Counted from the stretch's first letter, positions 51,001 to 63,440 are shown. The stretch: 64,000 bases of DNA from Chrysomallon squamiferum (GCA_012295275.1 CM022665.1:42532001-42596000), one strand, 5' to 3'. Translations and numbers: made by a program. The notes: generated by a model from the letters alone, not told the origin.

Positions 51001-54000
51001 ACGTGAATGTAAATTCCTAACGCTTGTTCATGACGACCCAGTCTTCCTAGTAATATGGCTCGCTCTTCAAAAAATTCTATAAAATAAACAAGAATAATGA
51101 ACTGAAACTGAACTTTTTAATTATATTATTCCAAAATAACTATTTATTTTCCTTAAATTTGTATTTTATAAATTCAGTTTCAGGTAATCCGAATGCCTGC
51201 TTATAAAAATTAATTTATAAATTAATTAGCGAATGATGCAATAATTAATATCAATTTTTTTAATCAGATTTGGAATTATTAGTTTTTAAATTATGTATTT
51301 GTGTATGTATGCATGTGTCAAACAAATCAACACAATAACAGATAAATACTCATGAAGGATTCAGAACAGCCATGTAAGAAATATTATTTTTGTATAATAC
51401 TGTGTAATAAAAATAAACTGAAAAAAGATTCTAAAATTTAAAAATATTTTTATACTGACTGTCTAAAGGAAATCGGGTGAGAAGCTGTTCTGGGACGTAG
51501 AACTTGGACTCGTGCAGGAAGTTAATCAGTTTGCGACGATACTCGCCAAGTTCACCAGGCTCACAACCTGCCTTTTGTGGAGGATGTCCTGTATATATTT
51601 CAAATAAAAACCTGATATTACTCTAGCCTTTAATTTAACAGCCATCGGTTTGAATTTTATTTGTTTTACATTTACTAGTATGATAAATATATTAAACTTT
51701 GATAATCAAACAAAACTTTAATAAAATATATTTAGTTATCTGAATAATATAAAACTTTGGCAAAATAAATTTAAAAAATAAAACAAAATAAAAAAATTAA
51801 TTTACAAATATTAAATATGAATGACATTAAAGAAGGATAGATCATATTTAGAAAAGAAAATGTTTAGATATTTAAATAACATATTTAAAAAAAAATTTCA
51901 AAACTAAACTTTATATTTCTAAATCATAACAAATAAAGTATTTATTTAATATTAAGAATAATAAGTGCAATTTTTATATATTTATTGTGATTATTTATTT
52001 ATTAATTTTCTTTTTGTTTTTAATAAACATTTTTTTGTTTAGTATACATTTATATATATTTTAAAGACATTCATTTTTTAATTTCTGTTTAATATAAATA
52101 AATAAAATTATAATGAAAAAGGGATTTATGTATTTAAAGAATAAAACATTTCCAAATCCTAATTTAAAATTAATAAAAACAATTTGTTTTTCGTATACTT
52201 GTTTTTTTTAATTTTTTATTGCAGGCATTTACTTAATATTTAAAATATATGTTTTTTATGTAATTATTAAATATCAAAAAACAATTTTTTGTTTCTTCTT
52301 TTTTCATCAATTTATTTAATATTAATAAAAATCTGTTCATATTTAATATTAATAAAAGTGTAAGGTTTTGGTTGGGTTTTTTTTACAACTTATTATACAT
52401 AATTATTTAATATTAATAAAATATATGTTTTATCATGTAGTTATAAATTTTAAATTAATATTATTAACTATAGAAACAAAATTGTACATAATGACTTATA
52501 GTTAATAAAATAAGTGTATTTAATTACTTAACGTTAATTTTATATTGCAATACTAAAAGGTAATATTTACCTTCAGGAAGAGCCAGCAGATATTCCTCCA
52601 TAGGTCCTTGCACCTGTTCCCTATACAGGTGTACTAATCTGTTATGGAATTCAGGTGTTTTGTCTTGCCATTGATATATCACATGCTCCTAAATAATAAA
52701 TAATAATAATAAACAAAGAGATAACACAAGACAAAAATAAAAATAAAGTAAAGTGACGTGATGCACAATACAACACAACATAAAACAAAACAAAATAATG
52801 TAATTAAATTAAATTAAAAATTGAAATAAATATTAGAAGAATCATTTTTAAAATTCTCAAATAAACAAAAAAGCCAAGCATCATTTGTAAAATAAAATTT
52901 TAAAATATTTTTTTTATTCACAGTTATTATTATATATAAAACAAAAATATTCTAAATATTATTTCAAAATTAATGATTTTTACATTACAGTTTATGCATG
53001 AGATAATGTGGAATATTAAAAAAATTAAGTAAATATTTTAACAAGTCTCAACATCTTACCAAATATGGAATGGCTAATTCTTTGTCAATTTTTTCTAAGT
53101 ATTCCAGAACCTTGTCTCTCGGAAGGTTTTCAACTTCGGGAAGATCTTCTGTAAATATCTGGAAAAAATAACAAAACAATAAAATAAAAAAAATAAATAA
53201 TTGCATAAATCTGCTTAACATTAATACAACTAAGTGATATTTATTTAATATTGACAAATAATAATAATAATAATAATAATAAAATAATAATAAAGCACAA
53301 AAAAGAGTAGTCATAAGGCAAATCTTTTTGTATAAATCATCTTTGTGCAGTTTATACATACTGACCTAACCCTGTTATTTAACCTTCTTACTGTATTATT
53401 AACAAAGGTGATTTAAATAAAAATATGTATAATTTCAAGTATATATTTAAGTATCATTATAAATGAATGGATTTTAATACTGAATCAAATTTAAATCCTT
53501 TCATTCATTCATTTCTTACTTTGAGTCCCTCTTCTGGATATCTTCTAAGAACCCACTCAGAATATTCCAATATGAGATCAAGATGTTCAGATCCTAAACA
53601 TTTAAAAATAAAATAAAATATTTTTCAATAACATGAGATTAAATTTTTTTTTAAATTATTACAATATATTATGTTATTATCAATTTTAACAATAATAATA
53701 ATATTTAAAAAACAAAACAACTTTTGAAAAAAAAAAAATGAATTTTCGTTTTTTGTCAAGGTCATAATTTTAAAATTTATGTAAAAATAAAAGAACTGCT
53801 TTTTTATTTTTATTATTAATTTTTTAAAATTTGTATATATAGCAACATTTGGTTATTCAAAATGTTAAAGAATATAAATATATTAAATATAATGAAGTCA
53901 TAGTAGCATCATTTTAAAAAAAATGTATGTTGATAAATACAGACAAAGAGAAAAAGACAAAATAAATGATTTTATTTATCAATTTTAGTTCTAAATAATC

Positions 54001-57000
54001 CTCTTCCTGTAAGTGTATGTTACAGTTTAAAAATTATATAATGTTAAAATCCATGTAGCATAAAACTTGGTGCCCAATTATGCTTTTTCCCATTCCAACC
54101 CCATACTTATGACTTTAATATTAAAGATGTTAAGGGAGAGTCCATAAAACAGACCTAGCTCTGATTACATAAAAAAATACTGGATATTCTCTGAAAAAAA
54201 AAACAGTTAAAAATATCTTGAGCCATTACAAAATTCACTAGGACTGTCCTTAAAGCAAAGAGAATATTAAATAAAGGAAGTGAAAGCTAACCTAGATGTT
54301 GTAAGTACTGTACTGTTCGGTCGTGACCTTTCAGTGGAGAATCAGGTCTTGCTGCTTGTTTTGTTAACAGGTTCAGAGCTGTAAATAAAATACAACAGAA
54401 ATCCTCATTAATTTGTTCAAAACAACGTAATATCATAATAAAAAAACCCAGTTAAAATGAAAAAAAATCAGAAATTGCTAAGTGCATATTACTATACTTA
54501 TTCATATTTTAAGTAATAAACAAATATATTTTATAAGTTAATGAATTAAAGAATTAATTTATACAAATATTCAAATAATTATGAATTTTTATTTTCATGG
54601 TATATATAAATAAATGTATTTTATAAGTTAATGAATTCCAGAATTAATTTACACGAATATACAAGTAATGTTAAATTAAAAGTACTAATCCACAATGGAT
54701 GGATTACTGATAACTCAGCTTAGAAACAAATTGAACAAATTATCTGAATAAAAAAATTTGCTTTATTTTAGCAAAACTCTTATGAACCATTATTTACAAT
54801 GTATCAATAAAATTCATATTATTTCTTTGATAACATATCCTTTATAGCCATTCATACAGAAAAACTAAGTTAAGAAACTGTCAACTGAGTAGCATAGGTT
54901 GAAAATCTGGTTTAACAATTTTAGTTTCATTTTTTATGTAAACCTTTCATTTCATAGAGAATTATCAACTGAGTTAAAAATAGGATTCAGCAGTTTACTT
55001 AATTTTCTTAAAAAATAGGCTTACAACGAAAGGTATCAACTAAATCACACAAGTCAAAAATCAGATTTACAAACTTACCTTTTTGATGTAAACCTTTCTT
55101 TTCATAGAGAATTATCATCTGTGTAACGTAAGTTAAAAATCTGTTACTCACCTTTTTGATGTAAACCTTTCTTTTCATACAGAATTATCATCAGAGTAAC
55201 GTAAGTTAAAAATCTGTTACTCACCTTTTTGATGTAAACCTTTCTTTTCATAGAGAATTATCATCTGTGTAACGTAAGTTAAAAATCTGTTACTCACCTT
55301 TTTGATGTAAACCTTTCTTTTCATACAGAATTATCATCAGAGTAACGTAAGTTAAAAATCTGTTACTCACCTTTTTGATGTAAACCTTTCTTTTCATAGA
55401 GAATTATCATCAGAGTAACATAGGTTAAAAATCTGTTACTCACCTTTTTGATGTAAACCTTTCTTTTCATAGAGAATTATCATCTGAGTAACATAGGTTA
55501 AAAATCTGTTACTCACCTTTTTGATGTAAACCTTTCTTTTCATAGAGAATTATCATCAGAGTAACGTCAGTTAAAAATCTGTTACTCACCTTTTTGATGT
55601 AAACCTTTCTTTTCATACAGAATGATCAACTCCACATATTTCTCCTTCTTCCTCAGCACTCTCTCACTCTCCTCTACGTGACAGTTGTTGTCTTTCAGTC
55701 TCAGCAAGGGAGCCACCAGAGCATCATTTGTCTGAAACATAATCTTCCTTTAATTAGCAATCTAATTATTTTACATGAAAGTTACAGAAACTGTTATAGG
55801 GTTGCAAAGATACTGTGTTTTTTTTAAATACATCTTCAATAAACAGAGCACACAAAACCACTCTGGGCTGTCTTGGCACATTTTGGGGAACGCTTCATTT
55901 AAAAGGTAAATGTATTTAATTAGCAGTTCAAAATATTTTTATACTGAAATATATTTTCATTTAAATATTACAGAACAAACAATAGATAGATAGATAGACA
56001 GACAGATAAATACTAATTTTTTTATCTTTTGATTCTCAAGTATATGCAGAAAAATACATAATAAAAAAAAAAAAAAACCAAAGACAAAACAGTAAAGCAT
56101 CCACTGAAGGATTTTGAACTCAGAATCCTTTGTTTTTGAGACACACCTGCAGATAACATTTCAGTAACGTGGTGTCTATGATCTGACTGAGCTGTTTCTT
56201 GGACCTGATTGTCATGTTGCCTTCCACAATGGCTGTGGTTTCCATTTCTTTGTTGATGTCCTTTATCAGCTGGTTTCTTTTCTGAAAATTAAATTTAAGA
56301 CTTTATAATCCTCATCATCATACTCTCTCTCTCTCTCTCTATTTATATATATCGAAGATAGAAAAAATATTTAGTTATATTTACTGATCACGAGTGAATG
56401 ATTTGTTGTATCTTGGCATTTGGATGTTACACATTTTTATTATTCTTCAAAATACACTGAAGGAAAAATAAAATTCATTACCACACATATATATACTGAT
56501 GTGTCTGCAAATAAACAACAAAACACACAGACACACCTCTGTACCATCCTACACATACAAATGTACTCGCACACACACATGCATGCACACACACACACAC
56601 ACACACACACAGAGGTAAGGTTACAGTCATACCTCAGTGAGATAATCTATGAGAGATAAAAATCCTTTCTCTAACTCGGCTCCTTCTAAACTTGGCAGTT
56701 TGTTTGGATATTCCAGCTGATTCCTGAATTCCTGAGGCAGAAGATTTGGATATAACCCAATTACATGACTAGGATCTGTTCAATAAACAAATAAACAAAT
56801 AAACATACAAACAAACAACAAATACATGAATAAATAAATAAATAAATGAGGATGCTGTTAATAATTGTTCTGAAATTTACATCTTAAAATTAATTTTATT
56901 ATTAAGAATACAGTTTTTATTTCTTTTATTGTCATTATTATTTGTTTATTATTATAATTACAGTAATTTTTTTAAATCCTAGATTCTATTAAAATTTCAT

Positions 57001-57983
57001 TCAATAACTTTTTATACTTAAGTTAAAAATAGTTAAATTGTTACAAAAAATAGTGTAAGTATTATTATTTTTTTTTTTTTGCTTTGTGTGGGTTGATATC
57101 TTCATGATGTGAATGCAGCACACTCAATTGATTTAAGCAGCGGCGTATTTTAAAAACATATATTTTTGTTACAAATTTTCAAAATCATATTTTTTATCTT
57201 TTTGAAATTTCTTATGCTGACCATTGAACAGAAACAGTTAAAATAAAAATCATTTAGATTCACACCTGTTCCTAACTGATCAAAGATCTTCATTGATTCA
57301 TCAAACTTGTGTTCACAGAACAGGTGAAAAGCGTACAGATTTTGTATGCTTCGCGTTCTTTTTCTTTTCTCCGATTCTGGTTCATCTGTCATTTCCTGCA
57401 GAGAGAAAGAAAGCAAAAATAAATAAATAAATAAATAAAAAAATATATATATAAAAAAGTTATATTGAATGTGTATATCCTTTATATTGCTGTTACCAGT
57501 GAAAAATATTCTTTACATTGTACCAGTGAAAAAAAAAGTTTAAACTTTCTGGTTTTACTGGCATCTCTGAGTAACACAATAAATAAATCCTATTCTTGAC
57601 TTATATTTTCACCTTGCAAGGATGACTAAGTGTCTTCTTCTCTCACATACATTTTCATGTTTTAATAAATTCAAACAGTTTAACATGACAAATTTTCTCA
57701 AATGGATTGCCTATTTATTTATATAATAAGACCAACAAAATAAAATATTATGACATTAATACAAAGATAAATAGATGCACCCAAGGAAATAAAAGATAAA
57801 AGACAAAAGTACTTACAACTAAGTGGAGAGCCAGTTTAAACTCTTGTGATTTCAGAAGCTGTCTAATCTGAACTGAGATGGGCATCAAAGCAAGACGCCA
57901 GACAAAGTTCTGTGAAGCAACGTACACAAAGCCGCTGAAAATTAGTGAATGCTTATTTTAACAAACACTCAAACTTTTTTTTT

Positions 57984-58026
<43 letters not shown>

Positions 58027-60339
58027 AGCAGTTTTTGGGAATCAAACACTGCCTTTTTCGCGCAAAGATAAAATAGCAGAAGAAATTTTAATACAATATT
58101 CACAACACCTAAAACAATTCAGAACAGAATTTTTATTTATAAATTTTTAAATTAGGTTTGTTAGTAACAAATAAAAATAACAAATATTTTTAAATTTTAT
58201 CAGATATACACATAGATGCATCCATGCACACAAATATATACAACACACACACACACACAATCACTTTCATCAAACTGTCATAAACAAATGATAATACAGA
58301 ATAAAAAAAGTCATTTAATGTATCATTTACACAGTGTATTTTAATTCACAAACATAGTCACACATTAAATACAATTTATTCTTACCTCCCTTGACAAATA
58401 AATTTCGGTTTCGGCAGCTCAATGCTCTGGATAAGAAGGTTTGGTTCTATCGTTCTTATTTCAACATATTTGGGCAAAATTGCTATCACATAGGGAGGGT
58501 TGTGCTCTAAAATAAAAGTAACATCCATCTCAATAAAGTACATAGTTCTGTTATCATTACTGTAAAGGTTTAATGAGGGTTAATATACATTTCACCACAG
58601 CTGATGAGTTTTGGAATAAACAAGAAAAAGTCTATCAAAGCACCGAGTGACATCTTAATAGAAATGACATATAATGTGTATGATACAGTATGATGAAGAA
58701 GATAAACTGATAGACTAATGTCTCATGGCAATGGCTGACCATTAAGTATGTGTCTTTTTCCCATACTGTTTTCACTGCTGTGAGTACAAGACATATCATT
58801 AAAAATTGAATAAAAAGGCTATCATCCTTTACTGAACAATTTAAATTAAAATTTAGAAAGGATACATTCAGTAACTAGTAATATTTACCTTTGGATTTTG
58901 GGGGATTTATTTAATACAAAAAAATTATTAAAAACTGTTATTCCAGTAACTACAAAATTATAAATATTTTAATAATTACCAACAGCAACAGGAATATCTG
59001 TCCATTTAATTGGCTCTTTTTGGAATGGTGCTCCTGAAGAGTCAATGAGGATGGACATCTGATCTCTACCGAGAGCCAGTCTTCCATTTGCGAGACTCGA
59101 CACAACGGGCTCGGTCTGCTGGTTCCCGACAGGAAAGAGCTCAGTGAGAGCTCCGTCTTTTACCTGAAACAAAGTAACTCACTGTCATCACAGGTGCAAA
59201 TTTCTGGAATTTCCCTGAAGGTACATTGTCAGCTTTTAATAGTTAATAATAGTAAACAATACACTGTTAATTTTAAACATTATAATGCAGACTTATATTA
59301 GTCATAAATAGGAATGTACAATTTTTTTTTATAGTTGATAATATTGATTTTAAATCTACAATTACTTAATAAACACAAACTATTTTGATTTGAATTAAAG
59401 CTTCTATAAAAGAAATTAATAAAGTAAAATTGTAAATGAATATAAAGAAGTAATATGTTTTTCTATGTAATTCTTTATTTTTAAATTTAATCCATCCATC
59501 ATGGACATAAATTTTGGCATATTTCTGGCAAATAGCTATCCTTTAATTTAATAAGAATGTTCTGTTAAAAGATTGGTATTTGTGAATGAATAAAAAAGGT
59601 AATATATTCCTTGATATAATTTTTGGTTTTTTAAATATATAATTTTGTGATAAATTATTCAATATGTTTAAGGATTTTTTTTTTCTCAATTTGCCAACTG
59701 ACAAAAGTAAATATAATATCTGTTGTATTGAAAAACAGACATACATATGACTTTTATTTATTCATTTAGCATTAATGTTCTTTACTTTGATATCCTCTTT
59801 CATAGTTATAAAAAAAAATGAAATAAAATATTTCAAATTGACCACCATCAATATGATGTTCTTTGTCAAGTTAGGAAATGAAAAAAAAACAAGGAAAAAA
59901 AACAGAATATGAAATTGGATATTGCTGAAGATTTTAACTTGTCAATTCTATTTTTAAAAATCTTTTTTTCCTTCTTGCATTTTTCTTTTTTTTTCATCTT
60001 TCTTGCAATTTAATGTTTTTTCAGGTTTTTATGTTTATTATTAATTTTTTGACTTTCTTAAAAATTTAATTAAAAAATCACAAATATCATAATGTTTTTT
60101 TTTTAATTAACCACTTGTCAAATTTTGTGTGAGTCTGTCATCACAAGATCATGTGAATCATGACTGTGTTTTAGAAGACTATCATAATTAGTGTTATTAA
60201 CACGTACATTGATCATGCAATACTCTCGTTTAAAACCAACACACAGTGAATCTCTTTTCCCTTCAGGATCTGTGCACCAGGCCATTGCTCTTGGGGTATC
60301 ATACAGACTGAGGTCTTTCTGGAAAATAAATTAAATGGT

Positions 60340-60374
<35 letters not shown>

Positions 60375-60505
60375 CAGTGAAGAGTTTTTCAGATAAATAT
60401 AAAATAAATAAATAAACAAACAAAAAGATGTTTGTTGTAAATTTATATTAATTTTATTATTAAGAAAATAGTTTTTATTGCTTTAATATCATACTATTTA
60501 TTATT

Positions 60506-60539
<34 letters not shown>

Positions 60540-61413
60540 ATTCCAATTTTTTATTGTTAATATCAAATTTAAAAATAATATAATATTAAATGTGATTATG
60601 CTTTAATTATGTTAAATATCAAGTGAAAAAGTCAAAACAAATACACCATAATATTTCTTTTTGGACAAAACACTTTTTTATATAAAAATGTAAAACTGCA
60701 TTAATTTAGGAATTTATCATTTAAAACTAAACTGTAAAGAAATAAAGCTAATCACAACAAGTTCATTCTAAATAAAAATGCTTAACAATCATTACTGAAT
60801 TTAAAAAAATAATAAAATAAATGAAATTTGATAACAATTCATAATCGGGTTAATTGTCAGTTTGTTAAAAAAGTATTGAGTTTTACCAGCAGCTCATGGA
60901 AATCTCTGTGTTTCCAGTAAAAAAGCTGGATTCTACGTTTAGACGAGACCCCCAGTCTGAGTTGTGTCTGGCAGTCCCCAGTTTGAGAAGGAATTTTCTG
61001 AGAAATTTACAGAGTAAACGTTACACAAGTCATATGTTATAAAAAAAATAATAATAAATAAAGAAATACAGTAATAAAAGAGTAAATATTAAATAAGTCA
61101 TTAGTGTATTACAAAAAAGAATGAATAAGCAAACAGCTGCAACAGAAATGAAATACGGTTAAAAATTTAAAATCACACCAACAGTACACTAATTCAGAGC
61201 AAACCATTTTGTTTCATTTTTAAAAAGTAGAGTTTAATCTAATTTTTCATATTAAATATTACATTATCAAGTATCTCATTACAGATTTCTTTTTCTTTTG
61301 TGAAGTATAAATATCTGAAATGGAAAATGTAACACTACAACTCACTGACAAGATCAAAATGCATCTTATTACTTTTCATATTTTAAATATTTGAGCAATG
61401 GACAGAATGATTA

Positions 61414-61446
<33 letters not shown>

Positions 61447-61474
61447 AGTGTATGTCTGTATGTAACTGTATTAA

Positions 61475-61527
<53 letters not shown>

Positions 61528-63440
61528 GTCTACCTGAACATCCACAGCAAAAAGTGTAGCTCCTTTTGTTCTGGATACATTAGTAACAAGGTTAAATGTT
61601 GCCAGATCATGGACACTAATAACATTGTCTGAAATGAAAACAGGATTTTTAAAACATGTACATAACAAATCAGGAAACTGCCTGCAAACAAAAAATATTA
61701 GCATACTTAGGCATGGCCAAATAAAGATTTATGATTCACAACAAAAAGTATTTTAAAAAAAACAAAAATACATTTACTGAAATTAACTTCAAGTTATGAA
61801 ATATTTTAATATTTATGACTCCTCATATTGCAAAAAATGTTTTAAGTAGTATTTTTATGCATGGTGTCTATATATGATTTGATGTGTATTTTCATGTGAA
61901 TATGGATAGTTTTATATATGTAAGAAAAGATGTCTAAATGAAAGGGAAAAAATAAATCCAAACCTGACAAACTGATGAGTATATAAAACTCTGGTACTGC
62001 AGCAAGCTGAAATACATACAGACATTTTAAATATATATAAATATAACAAGATATTCAATACCATGAGATTAAATAAAAAAGTACTTTATGTTTATTAATT
62101 TTATTATTTGTCTTCCTTATTTATTTATTTATTTCATTCTTTTTTATAATTTTTTTATTTTACTTTATTTACTTTACTTTACTTTATTTTTTTTATTTTT
62201 TATTTTATTTTATATTTATGTACTTATTTATTTATTATATTTTATTTTGTTGTTGATAGGGTTTTCTTTGATAAATGAATGAATGTTTAACAATTCCCCA
62301 GCAGAAAAAAAATATCAGCTGCTGGGTGTCAAAATAAGTTAAATATACCAAAATGGTGAATATTTTCTATATAAAAATTCAAAGTTAAAGTTAGTCAAAG
62401 CACAGTGTAAAGACCTGTGCAAAAGGTATCACAGTTTATTTAAATTATAATTTATGGTAAAATTCTGTAAGAAATTTTAAAACAAGTTCAGGATGGAACT
62501 GAAATGATTCCATCACACCTATTTGACCAAATATATCTTTCCAGATCTGCCTAAGATGATCGCTCTCCACAGATGAAATGAATGTAAGTTTCAATTAACA
62601 GTTTAAATCTGTGAGATCAATTTAGAGTCTTTGGATTACTTTCAGCAGTACAATGATTTCAAGAACTTTTATACACAACTGCCGCTCCTGTATAATACAG
62701 CAAACTAATATTTTTGGAAAATTGTAAATTAATTAAAACAAAGGTTAATTAATTAGAGAGTTTAAGAAAATGTCAGTCAAAGAGACTGTAGCTGAAAGAA
62801 ATACCTGGGTAATAGGTTTCTTAGCAAATGACTTATTTGACCTTTCTAATGTTACTTCAAATTTGTATTCTGGAAAAGAAAATTAAAAAAGATTATTAAT
62901 ATATTACAATCTAATGATATTAGATAATCAGTGAACAAAAAATAACAGCAAAAGATTTAATACCAAAGATGAGCATTACTTTATTTTTGCTTTAAATATA
63001 AAAAAATAATAATAACTAGTTAAATAAATATTTTATCATTTAACTTAAGAAGTAATATACCAATAGAGATCATTTTAGAATCACATTAAAATAACATTTC
63101 GACCAAATATGTATATTTTAATATACTTCACTTCTTGCAATTTATCTTGGCAGTGTAATATTCTGTTGAGATTATTGCAGTTTTTAACCAACATTGGTAA
63201 TTGCTTAGCCAGTGTTTGTCTTTAATTTCATTTCATGGGTTTTTTATATCTCACAATGAGAACTCAATTAATGACAAAAGAGCCTGTAAAATAGTTTTAC
63301 AACATTTTTCTTTTTTTTTAGTTTGTGTCAGATATTTTATTTCTGTATTTTGTTCTTACCTGTTACAGCTACACGGGGATTTTTTTTAACTTTATACTGT
63401 AGCAAGTGTCCTGGTTTTGTTCCAACTAACAGAATATCAT
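34074..63440 (-). CDS. VPS39: VPS39/Vam6-like protein, HOPS tethering complex subunit (CNH domain, clathrin-repeat region, C-terminal zinc-finger-like domain); exon 1 lies beyond the right edge
   Basis: 24 hand-spliced GT-AG exons totalling 2594 nt with consistent phases, ending [21 protein letters not shown]. Motifs [67 protein letters not shown] and SAFARYPNG match the VPS39 family as recalled. Confidence 0.97.
34635..34726 (-). CDS. VPS39: VPS39 exon 24
   Basis: actag|[30 protein letters not shown]|gtaaaa. Confidence 0.94.
36430..36760. repeat. Degenerate tandem repeat, about 72-bp unit, 4-5 copies (related copies at about 37685-37820)
   Basis: Recurring catgcttaaac...tgttatgggtaaaactcacaggca. 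Confidence 0.8.
36880..38580. repeat. Diverged tandem segmental duplication of about 0.9 kb of intronic DNA
   Basis: Collinear paired blocks: gcaaagtg[g/a]catgtaaa (36904/37859), ctttatttaaa..tattttagaa.atttatcaac (37278/38140), atcttgacaggtg (37485/38402), gaaaataaatcactc (37555/38478). Confidence 0.8.
39115..39144. promoter_or_regulatory. Cluster of nuclear-receptor half-sites (chained DR1-like elements)
   Basis: TGACCT-c-TGACAT-t-TGACCT-gaaa-TGGTCA. Confidence 0.4.
43068..43187. repeat. (TA)n / (TG)n microsatellite
   Basis: Long TA runs. Confidence 0.9.
45546..45700. repeat. Minisatellite, 27-bp unit, about 5 copies
   Basis: gaaaaagcacactgaaatatttatata repeated with variants. Confidence 0.85.
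46092..46645. repeat. Pyrimidine-rich tandem repeat, about 110-160-bp unit, about 4 copies
   Basis: ctcccttgatttatttat...tttgattacttatttaccca.ctcatcccc recurs near 46103, 46212, 46346, 46503. Confidence 0.85.
47657..47791 (-). CDS. VPS39: VPS39 exon 23
   Basis: tacag|[45 protein letters not shown]|gtaagc. Confidence 0.94.
49013..49162 (-). CDS. VPS39: VPS39 exon 22
   Basis: cctag|[50 protein letters not shown]|gtaagg; only this acceptor copy keeps the frame open. Confidence 0.92.
49136..50260 (-). repeat. 57-bp minisatellite, 20 acceptor copies, made of the last 30 nt of the intron plus the first 27 nt of VPS39 exon 22
   Basis: Minus-strand unit GTTTACACAAATCTACTGAAGATATATGAGAGTGAAACTTTCTGTTTTCAAACCTAG; junctions from 49162 to 50243 (19 intervals, one of 55 bp). 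Confidence 0.97.
50514..50559 (-). CDS. VPS39: VPS39 exon 21
   Basis: tttag|(D)[15 protein letters not shown]|gtaagt. Confidence 0.92.
50974..51076 (-). CDS. VPS39: VPS39 exon 20
   Basis: tatag|(K)[33 protein letters not shown]|gtgagt. Confidence 0.94.
51460..51588 (-). CDS. VPS39: VPS39 exon 19
   Basis: tacag|(G)[42 protein letters not shown]|gtcagt. Confidence 0.93.
52571..52688 (-). CDS. VPS39: VPS39 exon 18
   Basis: tttag|[39 protein letters not shown]|gtaaat. Confidence 0.94.
53060..53158 (-). CDS. VPS39: VPS39 exon 17
   Basis: tccag|[33 protein letters not shown]|gtaaga. Confidence 0.95.
53520..53593 (-). CDS. VPS39: VPS39 exon 16
   Basis: tttag|(G)[24 protein letters not shown]|gtaaga. 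Confidence 0.94.
54292..54378 (-). CDS. VPS39: VPS39 exon 15
   Basis: tacag|(A)[28 protein letters not shown]|gttagc. Confidence 0.94.
55079..55625 (-). repeat. 73-bp minisatellite made of the last ~38 nt of VPS39 exon 14 plus the first ~35 nt of the intron; 8 donor copies, with decayed copies to about 54850
   Basis: Donor junctions at 55590, 55517, 55444, 55371, 55298, 55225, 55152, 55079, at exact 73-bp spacing. Confidence 0.97.
55590..55731 (-). CDS. VPS39: VPS39 exon 14
   Basis: ttcag|[47 protein letters not shown]|gtgagt. Confidence 0.94.
56147..56281 (-). CDS. VPS39: VPS39 exon 13
   Basis: ttcag|[45 protein letters not shown]|gtgtgt. Confidence 0.94.
56633..56775 (-). CDS. VPS39: VPS39 exon 12
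   Basis: aacag|[48 protein letters not shown]|gtatga. Confidence 0.94.
57266..57395 (-). CDS. VPS39: VPS39 exon 11
   Basis: tgcag|[43 protein letters not shown]|gtgtga. Confidence 0.94.
57817..57934 (-). CDS. VPS39: VPS39 exon 10
   Basis: ttcag|(S)[39 protein letters not shown]|gtaagt. Confidence 0.94.
58386..58506 (-). CDS. VPS39: VPS39 exon 9
   Basis: tttag|(E)[39 protein letters not shown]|gtaaga. Confidence 0.94.
58980..59163 (-). CDS. VPS39: VPS39 exon 8
   Basis: ttcag|[21 protein letters not shown]...[10 protein letters not shown]|gtaatt. Confidence 0.94.
60208..60318 (-). CDS. VPS39: VPS39 exon 7
   Basis: tccag|[37 protein letters not shown]|gtacgt. Confidence 0.92.
60887..60997 (-). 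CDS. VPS39: VPS39 exon 6
   Basis: ctcag|[37 protein letters not shown]|gtaaaa. Confidence 0.92.
61419..61524. repeat. (TG)n microsatellites next to the exon 5 donor
   Basis: Two TG runs. Confidence 0.9.
61534..61628 (-). CDS. VPS39: VPS39 exon 5
   Basis: ttcag|[32 protein letters not shown]|gtagac. Confidence 0.93.
61964..62006 (-). CDS. VPS39: VPS39 exon 4
   Basis: ttcag|[14 protein letters not shown]|gtttgg; 43 nt bridging phase 0 to phase 1. Confidence 0.88.
62805..62869 (-). CDS. VPS39: VPS39 exon 3
   Basis: tccag|(E)[21 protein letters not shown]|gtattt. Confidence 0.92.
63360..63440 (-). CDS. VPS39: VPS39 exon 2 (first coding exon in the window; numbering assumes one upstream coding exon)
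   Basis: ttcag|[26 protein letters not shown]|gtaaga. Confidence 0.92.

Noticed and set aside
49136-55625. CRISPR-like appearance of regularly spaced repeats with a palindromic core
   Set aside because: No unique spacers (whole units are repeated), eukaryotic intronic context, no cas genes.
61629-61704. ORF extension upstream of VPS39 exon 5 with extra AGs at 61682-61683 and 61678-61679
   Set aside because: These acceptors would add 53 or 49 nt and shift the frame; the 61628 start fits the family alignment.
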